From Hypanus sabinus (lineage: Eukaryota): DNA of 64,000 bases. A program made the position numbers and the translations under genes. Below the pieces are notes generated by a model. The model saw only the letters and a program-made list of their open reading frames with translations, had not been told where the DNA came from and searched no databases. This document shows, one piece after another, positions 47,461 through 62,242 of this stretch. The stretch is taken from positions 6,510,001 to 6,574,000 of the forward strand of contig NC_082736.1 in assembly GCF_030144855.1 (NCBI RefSeq). Direction: 5' to 3'. How positions within the stretch are numbered: position 1 is the stretch's first letter; the number at the start of each line of letters is the position of its first letter.

Positions 47461-50400
47461 ACTGAGAAACTGTGAGCATTGGAACAGAGTGGGTACAGAG
47501 GGGCATTTCCAGGAACTGTGACCCAACCCCACCCCCCACCCACGGGAATTGAGTGTGTTATAGACAGTAATATTCACATTTTTATTTGACTCTTCGGTCT
47601 TATAAATATTTAATATTTGTATTTTCTATACTTGTGTGGATAATCTTTTACAATTTGAGATAGAAAAACGTTGTAACTGGATCACTGAACCCTTCATGAA
47701 AACAGAACGTTACGGAAAAATATTGTCAAAGTCAACACTTTAATCCAATGTAAGTTAATAGAAGCATAGAAAACCTACAGCACCAAACAGGACTTTCGGC
47801 CCACAAAGTTGTGCTTAACATGTCCCTACTTTAGGAATTACTGGGCTTACCTATCCAAACGTCTCTGAAAAGACCCTATCGTAACCGTCTCCACCACCAT
47901 TGCGGGCAGCCCATTCAATGCACTCACCACTCTCTGAGTAAAAAACTTACCCCTGACATCTCTGTACCTGCTCCCCAGCACCTTAACCTGTGCCCTCTTG
48001 TTGCAGCCAGTTCAGCCCTGAGAAAAAGCCTCTGACTATCCACACGATCGATGCCTCTCATCATCTTGTACACCTTGGGCCTAAAGGAAACGATGCTGAC
48101 TTTGTCTTAGTTTATCATGTGTTGCCAAGTAGCCCGAAAATACATCGAGTCCATCATCTTCCCCACCACTGAGGTCAGACTGACTGGCTGATGATTTCCT
48201 CTCGTCTGCCCTTCTCCCTCCTTCAAGAGTGGAATAATGTTTGCAATTTTCCTCTTTTCCAGAACCACGCCAGAATACAGGGATTATAGAAAGATTATTA
48301 CTAAAACTGCCACTATCTCTTCAGTCACCTCTTTCATAGCTCTGGTGTAGAAAATCCCGTCCAGCTGATTTTCTACCTTCAGATCTTTCAGTTTTCCAAG
48401 CAGCTTTTCCACAGTAAAGGCCAATTCACTCATTTCTGCCCCCTGATTCTCCTGAATTTCCAGCAGACTGCCAGTGTCTTCCACAGTGAAGACTGATGCA
48501 CAATACTTATTCAGCTTCTCTGCCACTTCCCTGTACCCCATTACTACCTCTCCAGCATCATCTACTTTTGCCTCTCTTTTACACTTTGTATATCTGAAGA
48601 AACTTCTGGTATCCTCTTTAATACTAATGGCTAGCTTACCTTCGTATTTCTTCTTTTCCCTCTCAATGACTTTTTTTAGTCAGTTTCAAAGTTTTGTAAA
48701 TCGTATAACTGAGTGTCAGGGATGGACGTCTCAAAGCAGCTACTGAACAATGTTCACTCAGCCAGAGGTGGTGGTTCACGTCAGTAGCAGTGGACAGGTA
48801 GAAAAGGGATGAGGTCCCACAGTGAATATAGAGAGTTAAGGAACAAGTTAAAGAGCAGGACCTGAAAGGTGATAATTTTTGTGTTACTCCCAATGCTCTG
48901 TGGTCGTTCGGGTGGGAACAGAAAGTTAGAGCAGATGACTGTGTGGCTGAGGAGCTGGTGCAGGGACAGGGTTTCAGGATTCCAGAACACTGGAACCTCT
49001 TCAGGTCCAGAGGTGACATTTACGGGGGGGGGGGGGTCTGTATCATGAGGTTCATTGTTGCTCCCTGGGAGGGTTGAAATGAGATTGACAGGGGGCTGTG
49101 AACCAGCACACCAGTCACTGAATGGAGAGATTGATGCCAAGTTTGATGCTTAACACTGTAAGGATGGATTTTGAGGCAAATCCTCATCTGACATGAGTTT
49201 GTTTAAAGACCAGCTGCACAGTGATTCAGGGCCAGTTTGTTCCTGTAAGGGGGAGGGTCCAGGATGGCAAGGTTCAGGAACCTTGGATGATGAGAGAGGA
49301 AGTAAATTTAGTCGAGGAAGAGTGAGAAGCTTATGTAAGGCTTAGGAAGCTGGAATCAAACAGGGGGTTTGAGGATGATATTTAAAACACAGAAGGGAAC
49401 TCAAGAACATTTGCAGAGCGAGAAACAGTGATGAAAAATCTCGGATGAGCAGGATTAAAAATAACCCCACTGCATTCTGTACATTCATTGTGGTGAAAAG
49501 GATACCCAGGGGTGCACGTCCAACATAAAGCGTGGGTACACAGGTAATGGCAGGAACATTAACACACAGAAGGATGCTGGGTCCGGGCAGATTGGTTCCC
49601 TGAAACTGGGAGCACAGGTTGACAGGGTGGTAAAGCCTGTGTACGGCATGTTTGCCTTCACCGGGCAAGGCATTGAGTTCAATCACCAGGACATCATGTT
49701 ACAGTTTATAAAATGCTGGTTCGGCCACACTGAGAGCACAGTGTTCAGTTCCGGTCACCTCATTCTAGGAAGCATGTGGAGGTTTCGGTGCAGGTGCAGA
49801 AGTTGTTAAGCAGGATGTCTGGAGGAGGAGTGAGGTGAGGAGAGGCTCGACATGCTGGAGCTTTTTCCTCTGGAGTGGCGTCAGCTCAGGAGAGATCTGA
49901 CAGAAATTTATACAATTTTGCAGGACATAGTTAGTGTATAGTTATAGCCAGTAATATTTTTCACAGGAGAGAAATGTCTTCTACTAAAAGACATGTATTT
50001 AAGATCTGAGGAAGAAAGTGAAGGGAACAGTGATGGGGACTTGGAATGCACTAGCAGGGGTGGTGGCAGAGGCAGAGAGCACAGGGGTATTTAGGGAAGT
50101 CTTAGACAGACAGGAATTTGTAGAGAAGTGACTGGTACTACGGTTGTGCCGCGGAGAGCATTCTGACAGGCGGCATCTGTCTGGTGTGGGGGGGCTACGG
50201 CACAGCACCGAAAGAAGCTGCTGATAGTACCCAGGACATCTTTAGGGAGCGGTGCTCATAAAGGCAGCGTCCATTAGTAAACACTTCCAACACCCAGGGC
50301 ATGCCCTTTTCTCACTGTTACCGTCAGGTAGGAGATACAGAAGACTGCAGGCACACTCAGCGATTCAGGAAAAGCTTCTTCCCCTCTGCCATCCAATTCC

Positions 50401-51076
50401 TAAATGGACATTAAAACTATGGGCACTACCTCACTTTTTAATATACAGTATGTCCGTTTTTGCATTTTTCAAAATAACAGTCAATAAACGTAACTGATTT
50501 ACTTGTTTATTTATTATGTTTTATTTTATTTTATTTATTATTTTATAACTTTGTCTTCCAGGTTATGTATGACATTGCACTGCTGCTGCTAAGTTAACAA
50601 ATTTCACGTCACATGCCGGTGATAATAAACTTGATTCTGAAATGTAAAACGCAAATGTTATTTTTCTGTGAGGCGATGGGAATCGCTCATGAAGCAACGA
50701 ACAGGCGATGTTCCCGCCTTCTGCACACCGGAACGGTCCGGGGTCAACCCGCAATGTGGAACCCAGACAACGCGGTTCGAGGTGATGAAGAGCGGAGTCG
50801 TTGAGTGATCGGAGATTAAATTCTCCCTCCCGGGGCTGACTACGGAAGTTCATTTCACGACTCTGCGCCTAGTGAACCCGCTGATTCTCTGCAAGGGGAG
50901 AGAGCTCATTCGGTCTGCTGAGAGGGGAAAACGAGCCGGGACTGAAACAAACCGGTTTCTGTGCAGATTTATTCCGGTTTCTTTCGCGGAAGAAACACGT
51001 CGAGGCACTGACAGATGCAGGATATCAAAGGGACGGAAAGCACCCGCCGCTCAGCCCTTCCACAGACATTGTGAGT

Positions 51077-51092
51077 GGCTCTGAAAAGAGCC
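51077..51092 (-). terminator. Histone 3' stem-loop of H2A copy 2
   Basis: GGCTCTTTTCAGAGCC-actca plus HDE. Confidence 0.95.
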
Positions 51093-51122
51093 TTTAGGTA
51101 AATAGATTCAGCTTACGTCGCT

Positions 51123-51548
<426 letters not shown>

Positions 51549-52073
51549 TCACCCCGCCCCAACTCGCCCCTTTTGTACTTTCTTTGAGAATGCAAACTGA
51601 TGTTTGAGATTGGTGTGATCCTGCTTTTTCTCATTGGTGAAGAGAAATGCTCCAATCGAAGAACTGCCTTAATTACCAATCAGCAGTCCGTGAAGATAGA
51701 AGCGGGAAAAATAACCGTCTCCTCCCCAAAGTGCACTGTAATCTGGAAAAAAGCCCGCCAAAAAATAAATCTGTTATTTAAATTTAATGTCAAGTTAAAT
51801 CATTGCAGATCTGTTTTAAGATTGGGTCTTCGCATTTCCCTCTGTTACTGAAATCGGGCACATTTGATTTAAGTGTAATTGATATTGGAGTGTCTGGGAA
51901 CACAATTCTCTAATTTCTTTCAACCCGTAACGGAACCGAATAAAACTGCCGCTCATCTTCTGCCCGCGGTCGGTCACTGTGTGAACGTTATCAGGTTATG
52001 GAAAACGGCTCTTCTCAAACTTTGTCCAGCGTCTAGTCTGCAATTTTATAAAGTTATAATATGAAAGAGCCAT

Positions 52074-52181
52074 CACGAGGAAATCTGCAGATGCTGGAAT
52101 TTCAAACACACACAAAATGCTGGTGGAACCCAGCAGGCCAGTCAGCATCTATAAGCAGAAGGACTGTCGACGCCTCTCCAC
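52074..52181 (-). mobile_element. Short Penelope terminal-repeat insertion with a 13-bp TSD
   Basis: ATGAAAGAGCCAT at 52061-52073 and 52182-52194. Confidence 0.85.
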
Positions 52182-52481
52182 ATGAAAGAGCCATAATGTC
52201 TTTCAGGCTCGAGTTGAAATGAGATTCAGGAGTTACCCAACTGGAACCAATAAACTGCTGAAGCCGCAAGTAAAACAACAACGGCAGCAATCCTCCGCTT
52301 GGCATGGATACCGAGTGGGCGGACTGATGGGGGGGGGGGGGGGGAGAGGGGGTAACAATTCATTGTCAGTTCAGTGGGAGCTTATTACAATCGCGATTTA
52401 GCTCTTGTAGAAGTCACCAGACAAAGTATGTGTAATTTATTACCGAAAAGCTAGTACAACTCTTTCATTGAAATTGTGGGT

Positions 52482-52497
52482 GGCTCTTAAAAGAGCC
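52482..52497 (-). terminator. Histone 3' stem-loop of H2B copy 2
   Basis: GGCTCTTTTAAGAGCC-ACCCA; HDE GAAAGAGTTG. Confidence 0.96.
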
Positions 52498-52528
52498 GTT
52501 GTGTTTTCGATCATCTCACTAGGCAGCT

Positions 52529-52903
52529 TCACTTGGAGCTGGTGTACTTGGTCACCGCCTTTGTCCCTTCGGACACGGCGTGCTTGGCCAGCTCCCCGGG
52601 CAGCAGCAGGCGCACGGCGGTCTGGATCTCCCGGGAGCTGATGGTGGACCGCTTGTTGTAATGGGCCAGGCGGGAAGCCTCACCCGCGATGCGCTCGAAA
52701 ATATCGTTCACGAATGAATTCATGATGCTCATGGCCTTGGAGGAGATGCCGGTGTCGGGATGAACCTGTTTCATCACTTTGTAGATGTAGATGGCGTAAC
52801 TCTCCTTCCTCGACCTCTTGCGCTTCTTGCCAGACTTGCTCGCCGGTTTGGACAGAGCTTTCTTGGCGCCCTTCTTGGGAGCGGGTTTCGGCGCATCAGG
52901 CAT
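52529..52903 (-). CDS. H2B: Histone H2B, 124 aa
   Basis: Intact ORF with canonical KRSRKES and ISSKAM; ATG at 52903. Confidence 0.98.
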   Translation of the reverse strand: MPDAPKPAPKKGAKKALSKPASKSGKKRKRSRKESYAIYIYKVMKQVHPDTGISSKAMSIMNSFVNDIFERIAGEASRLAHYNKRSTISSREIQTAVRLLLPGELAKHAVSEGTKAVTKYTSSK

Positions 52904-53755
52904 TTCCTCGTCGGTTTCAAACACAATAATAAGCTGAAGCTGTCCGGAGCGCGGATTAAATAGGCAGCGCCCAAAGTGGTATGTTAATGAGGATGGGATT
53001 GCTGAGCATTTCCATTGGTTGTTTGGAGAAATTAATCACCAATCGGAACGCTGGGGGATGGGAAGCAGCGCCAATGTGTGGCGGTTACCGCTGTCGTTTA
53101 ATGCGGGAGGAAGTACAGAAGGGCAGAGACAGGCGGGGGTGCGGGCTGACATTGAAAAGGGAAACGCAAATTTCAAAAACAGAATGAAAATAAATTCAGA
53201 TGAAATATTGTAAAATTAAACACTAAGACGTTCAGTTCATGACACAGGGCAGCAGGAGAGCGAAGGAGAGATTTGGACATTTCAATGTAAAGTTCAAATC
53301 GAGTTTATTTATGCACAGGTGAGAGGAACAACGTATTTGTAGCAACATCACAGACACATTGCATCAGACACAACATTGACAAGAAACACTGAAATTAAAT
53401 AAGAATTATACCAAAATATTCAAATAGACAGAGGACTATCAGAACAAAATCTAAATAACAAAGAGATTATGCAGGCAGTGGGAGAATCACCCCTCCTGTG
53501 CTTCTTCATCTCGTCACTCTCGATTCAGAGTCACGCAACGCTGCCACTTTGATCTGGCCCATGCCTTCATTCACCAGGTCCAACACTTGCCTTTATTGGA
53601 TCTTCCTCCTCCTGACACTAGTCATCGTGTTTGTGGGGCTGTGTGTCCCCTTGGACCCCTGGATTAGGTTTGAGGGTAGGCCTGGTGGATGTATATATGC
53701 TGGGAGAGATAAGGCTGTAGATGGTGTATGGTGAGATATGTATGGTGTATGACGT

Positions 53756-54181
53756 ATGGTCAAAATAAAGCCAAGTAACAAGTTCGAAAATACCCACAAC
53801 TTGCAGAATTACACACTTCTCTTTATCTTGGTCCATGGGATAAACACGGCGGGCCTGATCCACCCTGGTATATGATGGTGTATGGTAGACGGTGGATGGG
53901 GTAGTGTAGTGGAGCCACACAGTGGCTGATGCATTTCATTATCGTGGTTCAACACCACTTGGCTTAGGGAACCGGGTGTGCAAAGGGACACATCATCAAT
54001 AATACAACTTAGGGTCATTGGGTATTTCGGGTCTTTAATCATGATACAATATCGCCCCGGCAACGCAGCCAGGGTGGATCAGGCCCGCCGTGTTTATCCC
54101 ATGGACCAAGATAATGAGAAGCGTGTAATTCTGCAAGTTGTGGGTATTTTCGACCTTGTTACTTGGCTTTATTTTGACCAT
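53756..54181. repeat. Inverted repeat with 113-bp arms (53756-53868 and 54069-54181) and a 200-bp spacer
   Basis: Arms are reverse complements with 3 mismatches by manual comparison; the left arm is absent from the paralog at about 17980. Confidence 0.92.
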
Positions 54182-57030
54182 TTGGGGAATAGAATGTTCT
54201 GAGGCCTAGTAATCAGGCTTTACCTCCAAGTACAGTTCAACTTCCCTACTCTAAATTTACACCAGTCTTTATTTTGCTTCTATGTGCCTGGGATTGCATG
54301 GGTTAAAGTAACAAGTTTACTGCAGTACAAACTAGTGATTAATGTTGGACAGATTGATCCATGATTCCAAAATGCAAAAATCTCTGAAATCCAGAATTTA
54401 TTGTACTGACATTACGTCACAATTGGAGAATTTTACCCAGGATTAAATGACTTGTCTAATGAAGAGCATTTCACCTCACTAGGCCTCTATTCACTGGAAA
54501 TGCGAAGGAAGAAGTGTTACCGAATTGAAACCTATCAAATAGCGAAAGGCCTCGAGTGAGTGGATGTGGAGAGGACCTTTCCTGTGGTGGGAGTGTCTGT
54601 AACCAGACCACACAGTTTCAAAATAGAGGGGCATCCTTTTAGAGTGGAGATGAGGAGGAATTTCTTCAGCCAGAGAGTGGTGAATCAGAGGAATTTTTGG
54701 TCACATGCGGCTGTAGAGGCCAAATCACTGGATGTAGGCAGAGATTGGGGCTAAGAGGAAAAATTGATCAGTGATGATGAAATGGCAGAGCAGGCTCGAT
54801 GGGCCAAATGGCCGAATTCTGTTCCTAAATCTGATGGTCTTATGGACTCACTTAGAAACTAAAATTTTCCCAGAGACTGTTGATCTCAGCTTTGACTCAA
54901 CCCAGCACCTGAGGCTCCAGATTCCTTATATAAGGAATACAGAAGTTCCTAGTTCTCAGATTAAAGGAATATGATCTCATTTCCATCCTGAATGCTTGTC
55001 ACCTGAATCTGTTCAACAGACACAAGATGCTGGCGGAAGTCCGCAGGCCGGGCAGCATCTATGGGAAAGGGTAACGAGTCGATGCTTCAGGCTGAGAACC
55101 TTCACCAGGGAGAGATCTGATGGAAGGGTCTTGGGCCGATGTGTTGACTGTTTACTCTTTTCCATAAAGGCTGCCTGTCCTGCTGAGTTCCTCCAGCATT
55201 TTGTATGTGTTGCTTTTGATTTCCAGCATCAGCAGATTATCTTGTGTTTGAGATTTACGCCTCATTCTGAGGGTATTTTCCTCAGTTATGGAGATCTCAT
55301 TCAGAGGAAAGATCCTCCTTGCTTACTACCTGTCACATCCTGAAAGAATCTAACAGATTTCCTCGTTTTCTCATTAACTGCAGGAATACAGACACAGCAC
55401 ACACATTCTCCTCTCACATAACCAACCCTCCATCCCTGGAACCAGCCCAGTCAGTGTGGGGAACAGTCACTGAACTCTCTCTATTGCAGGGATATCCTTC
55501 CCGAGGATGTGTGACCAAACCCGGACACTACATTCAAGGTGTGCTCTCACCAGGGCCCTATAGAATCCAGTGAGACATCTGTACCCCTCTTCTCCACTCG
55601 TCCTGGATCACAGGACAAAATACTGTTTGCTCTCTCATTACTTGCTGTACCTGCACGTTAACTCAAGTGATTTGTTTACAAGGGCACCCAGGTCCCTCTG
55701 AACATCCCGTGTAGAAACGACTCTTACAGTTTGATCCTGGGAATGGGTGATCTCACATTTCCCCACATTCTGTTCCATCCGCCCCATCCTCAACCATTCA
55801 CTCTCCTGTCTACATCCCCCAAACCTTCTCACTACTGACCCTGTCCCTCCTGCTCTGCCACAGCAACAGACCTCGTCACTGATTTATGCCGCACAGAAAC
55901 AGGCCTGTCGGCTGAACACATCCATGCTGGCCAAGCGGACAAACAAAACCATTGTCAGTTACCTGAATTTGTCCCATGTCCCTGTGAAACTTCCCTTCCC
56001 ACAGTCCAAGAGATTTGGCAACTGTGCCCCCTCTATACCATCACTGGAGGTTTTTTGTTCCATTTAAACAGCACATTCTGTGAACAAAACCTGCTCCTCA
56101 GGGTCCCAGTTAAATCTTTCCTCTCACACTGTATACCTTAATCTCTAGCTTCCAACTCCATGACCCTGGAGATAACAGATTCACTATTGACCGTAGCATT
56201 GTCTGCCATTATTTTATCAGCCTCTGTAATGTCACATACACTCTGGTGAGAATGTTCCAGTCTATCCAGCCTCCTGTTAAATCCCTTTTGCACCCTCTCC
56301 AGTTTAATGTCACCCTCTGATCACTGGGCAACTATAAATGTACGCCGTGCTCCAAGAGTGGTTTCCCCAAGGCTGGGAGAGCTGTAATGTGACGTCACGG
56401 TCCAGTGCCCAATACTCTCCCGATGAATGCAAGTGTGGCAAACACCACCTTCACCGTCCTGCCGACCTGTGTTTACACTTTGAAGGAATTCGATATCTGC
56501 ACCCCGATGTCTCTCTGTTTTACAGCACTCCCAGGGACCGAACATTCCCCACGGCAGTTCTGCCCTGGTTCGTCAATGACAACGGAACATCTCTTGTTCT
56601 TGTTTGCAGGCTCGAAGGGCCGAATGGACTACTCCTGCACCTATTTTCTTTCTCACATTTATCTGTCATTACTCAAATCACTGACCTCATTGACCACCGT
56701 CCTGTTGTATTGCTGGTTACATTCTTCACACTTTAGTGATATCTGCATATTTGCTGAGCCGGGCATTGACATTGTCAGCCGAGTCTTTAATGAATGAACT
56801 GCAGCAGCAGACCTGACTCAGCTCCCAGGCTTTTCCTTGCAGCGATACCCGCACAGTGCTGGAGGAACTCAGCAGGCCAGGCAGAATCTGTGAGAAACAG
56901 TAAACAGCCGACGTTTCAGGCCGAGACCGTCCAGAATCTGAACAATGTCTTGTGTTTGGTTTTCCATCGATCCTTTCCTACGTGACTGGATAACATAACC
57001 CATCCTCCAATCCTCTGCCACTACTCCCGC

Positions 57031-57310
57031 CCGAGAAACGCGCAGAGAGACAGAGGCGGGGAGGTGAGGGGAGAGAGTCAGAGTGACAGACAGGGCCGTC
57101 AGCGGCCTCTCATCGTCCAGCTCCGTCTTCACTTTACTTCACCCGCCAATTTCCAACGGTTTATCCGAAACACAGAGCTCCAGAGAGGGGAAAGAAAACT
57201 CGCTCACACACAAAGTTTCTACAAAGTTACTGGCTGTCGGACTTCATGCTATCAGAATACAGTGTGATTGGCGCAGGATTAATTTCAAATCGCCCGCCAA
57301 TTTCAGAGCA
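57031..57310 (-). pseudogene. Orphan duplicate of the H4 promoter, downstream of H4
   Basis: About 180-bp direct repeat of 58051-58228 lacking TATA and CDS; further ATTGG and 'cccgccaa' motifs extend to 57300. Confidence 0.85.
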
Positions 57311-57610
57311 CCCAGCAACGGTGCTTGATTACTTTTTTATATTATTTACCATTAATTGTATCACGGATTCTACAATTTCAGTTTCATTTGACATATAATT
57401 GTTTCAGTGAAGATTTAAATGGATGATTACAGAATCGTTTCTCTGAATGAGGGAACTGATTTCTGTCCGAGACGGACAAGGGGATGCTGAAAAGGCAGAA
57501 TCGCAGGGATATTTCAAGCGGAACGGATTAATCTGTTTTATGTCAGCCAAATATATCGATAAAAATAATTAAAAGGTTGTGGACACGGCTCTCTCTGTGA
57601 GGCGGTGGGT

Positions 57611-57626
57611 GGCTCTTAGAAGAGCC
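57611..57626 (-). terminator. Histone 3' stem-loop of H4
   Basis: caaa-GGCTCT TCTA AGAGCC-ACCCA; HDE 'AGAGAGAGCCG'. Confidence 0.95.
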
Positions 57627-57659
57627 TTTGTGTTGTGTTCGGGAGGAAGTGGGAGTTTT

Positions 57660-58230
<571 letters not shown>

Positions 58231-61200
58231 GTAAATTCTGGAGGATTTCTGGAAATTTGCTGATTCTCCTGCTTTAAATTATAGGAAGTGCTTTTCCATT
58301 CCGCAAATCCCCGAGAACCTCAGTCTGTCCCTCCCCGGCCCCAGGACCAGTTTGAGTGTCCTGACACACAGCAGTTGGTGGGCGAGGGTGCAGTCACTTC
58401 CAGTGATGAGAGGGTTAATTCATCAGAACAATTTTTCCTCTGGGTCGCGAGGGAAATGAAAGTACGGTCACCCAAAGGAACAGGATACATAGGCAGATTA
58501 AGGATATACAGACCGCGCTTCTGGAGCCTTCCAAAGCCCAGATAAGGGGTGGCTGAGGAGCTGGTGCGAGGTGGGTGGGGCTTCAGGCACAAGGATCATT
58601 TGCCTCTCGAAATGAAGGTGAGACAGGTCCAGTGAGGAGGAGAGTCAACTGGAAGCTTTCTTCGTGCGACACGGAAAGGTTTCAACGAGCAGGTATGAGG
58701 TCCTACAAATTCATTTTCGGGAACTAGGTTAAAACAGCAGGACTTCCAGGATTATAATTACAGAATTACGACCCAAACCATGTGGTTGTGTGGTGAGAAA
58801 TTGATATGTTGTGCAGTTTAATATGTTGCTGAGGAACTGATGCAGGAGGGGGATCTTCAGGTTCATGGATCAATCGGCTCCCTTCCAGTCAGGTGGGAGA
58901 CCGGGACAAACAAGACCATTTCCATCTGGACCGGAGGGGAACCAATATCCTCACCAGGAGGTTTGATGGTGTCACTTGACGGAGTTTGAACTGGAATAGC
59001 AAATGGGAGAATGTGTGTATGACAAGACAGTCTGAACAGAACGAGAGCCGATATTAGCCCAGTGGAGGGACTGATGGGATGAAATGAGGTTATTTCAACA
59101 TTAGGAGTATGTGTCAGATGGACAGGGCTGGCAGCTCAACATTCCTGGGTCTGAATGTTTTACATGTGGGTGGCGGGGAAGGGGGTTAAAAGGTGCAAAG
59201 GTTACACAACTGAGAATGTCACAGCAAACTGGAGGGTTCATTTACACGGCAAACTTCAGTTACACTGACAGGATTATTGAATTGCCCCTCCCCAGTAACA
59301 AGTGGGGGACTTTATCTTCCATAGAATTGACTGCAACTTGCTTATTGCTAAGATATTCCAGACTGGTTCAGTGAATCTGAGGAGTGTTTGAAACATTATG
59401 TAGAGCCCAATCAGAGTTCAGAACAGACAGGAATTAGTTTTTCAGAAATAAACCTGGCCAGCTGACAGCTGAGAGTCAGTGAATATTTTGGGATCTTATA
59501 TTTCTCTTACTTATGAGTAAGAATAAAATTAGATCTGTATGAAGGTACTAAATTAAGGGCCAGTTAGAATGCAGTCAGACAGAAGCCAAGCGGCATTGAT
59601 TGGGAGAAGCCACTGTTTGACAAGTCCAGGCCTGACATGTGGGAGTTGTTTAAAGACCTGCAGATCCGAGTCGATATTGAGCTACAGGATTCATGCACAC
59701 CTGGAAAGGCATGGCTTGCTTGATAGTTTTGTGTGGACACATCACGCTTGACAAAATTGATCGAGGATTCGGTGGTGGTGATACAGAAATAACATATAGG
59801 TGTAGAATTAGGCTATTTGGCCCATCAAGTCTGCTCTCTCTTTTCATCTTGGCTGAGACATTTTTCCTCTCAGCCCCAATCTCCTACCTTCTCCCTGTAT
59901 CCCTTCATGCAATGACCAATCAAGAACCAATCAACTTCTGCCTTAAATACCTGAAGGCTTGGCCTCCACAGCTGCCGCCCGTGGTAATGAATTCTACAGA
60001 TTCACCACTCTCTCTGAGGAAATTCTTCCTCATCTCCATTCTAAAAGGATGTCCCTCTCTTCTGAGGCGGTGTCCTCTGGTCTTAGACACTCCCATCCTC
60101 TCCACATCAACTTTATCAAGGTCTTTCACCATTCGATAGGTTTCAATTCATCATACCTCATTGTTCCAACTTCCAGGGAATAAAGGCCAAGAGACATCAA
60201 ACACTCTTCATACGACAAGCTGTTTAATCCTGGAATCAATTTTGAAAATCTCATTTGAAACCCATCCAGTTTCAGCTCAGCCTTCCTAAGATAAAGGGCC
60301 CAAAACTGCTCCCAATACTCCAAGTGAGACCTCACCAGTACTTCATAAAGTCTCAACATCACATCCTTGCTCTTATATTCTGGTCCTCTTGAAATGAATG
60401 TTAACTTCACATTTGCCTTCCTCACCACAGACTCAACAAGCAAATTAACCTTTACAGAACAAGCACAATGACTCCCAAATCCCTCTGCACCACATTTTTT
60501 CTGTATCTTTTCTCCCTTTAGAAAATAGTCAACTCTAATATCTCTTCAACTGAAGTACATGACCATACATTTCCCAATTCTGTATTCCATCTGCCACTTA
60601 TTTGCCCATTCTCTTCATCTGTCTGTCTTTCCCTATTTCCTCAAAAATACCTGCACATCCACCTGTCTCTTCATATCATCTACAAATTTTGCAACAAATC
60701 CATTAACTCCATCATTCAAATCATTGACATATAACGTAAAAAGAATCAGCCCCAACATCTTGGTGCTTGATGACGGCAAGACTGTGGACATGATCTCTAC
60801 AGATCTTAGTGGGATTCAATATAAATTGCAATTTCAATTCAGAAATGGATTCCTCATAGAAGGCTAAGTAGTGCTGGAAGTCCATGAACAGTGGTGACCC
60901 ACAAGGATTGATGCTGGGAATGATGCTGAGTGTGATATATATCAATGTTTGGATGAAAATGTTGATGGGTGGTTTACAAGTTTACATGTGACAGCAAGAT
61001 TGGTGGAATCGTGGACAGTGTAAACATTGATCAATGCACACAGATCACAAACAGATATGCAGAGAATTTGCAGAAGGAATTTACTCTGGGAGGGAATGCG
61101 GTATTGCACTTTGGGAGGTCAAATGAAAGAAGGAAGTATAATGTTAATGATTGACTCCTTCCCAGCATTGGTGAAAAGAGAGAACTTGGGATCCAGGCAG

Positions 61201-61346
61201 ACAGTTCACTGAACGTGGCTACACAGTGGGATAAGGTGTACAGAATGCTGGTCCCCAATGGTCAGGGTGTTGAGTATAAGAGTAAGGGAGTCATGTATTA
61301 AGACAGGCATACAAACGTACAGGGAATGGACCATGTCCAGGTAGGC

Positions 61347-62242
61347 GTATTCAGCTCCTTCAAGTCAGTATTTAGTTGATGCACCATTCGCAGTAATTAC
61401 AGCCTTGAGTCTGTGTGGCTAGGTCTCTATCAGCTTTGCACATCTGGACACTGCAATTTTTCCCCATTCTTCCTTACAAAACTACTCAAGATCTGTCAGA
61501 ATGCATACAGTTTGTGAGTGAAAAGCTCTTTTCAAATCCAGCTACAGACTGAAGTCTGGACTCTGACTTGGCCACTCTAGGACATTAACTTTGCTGTTTT
61601 AATGCATTCCTATGCAGCTTTGGTTTTAAGCTCGTGGTCATTGTCTTGCTGGAAAACAAATCTTCTCCCAAGTCTCAGTTTTCTTGCAGACTGCATTACG
61701 TTTTCTAACAGGATTTCCCTGTATTTTGCTGCATTCATTTTACCCTCTACCTTCACAAGCTTTCCAGGGCTTGCTGCCGTGAAGCACAATGAACTATTCT
61801 CGACTGTAGGTAAGGTGTGTTTTTGATGATATGCAGTGTTCGGCTTACATCAAACTTAAGAGTTTAGTCTGATTGCAAAAAAAGTTCTATTTTAGTTTCA
61901 GAGCATAGAACCTTCTTCCAGCTGGCTTCAGAGACCCCCTCGTCCTCTGGCAAACTCCAGGTGAGATTTCATGACAGCTTTTTTCAACAGTGGCTTTCTC
62001 TTTGCCACTCCCTGATAAACCTGTGACAGGTGAAACACCTGGGCAACTATCATTGTATGCAAAATCTCTCCCAGTTTAGCCACGGAAGCTTGAGTTATCA
62101 AAGGCGGAGTTATCAACAGTTATCAAAGGTGATTTGGTAGCCTCTTTCTCTAGTTCTCTTCTTGCACAGCTGCTCAATTTTTGAACACTGTCTGCTCGAG
62201 GTAGGTTTACAACGGTGCCATATTCTTTCCACTTCTGGATGA
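61347..62242 (-). mobile_element. Tc1/mariner remnant (third copy)
   Basis: Near-identical to 1285-2181. Confidence 0.8.
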
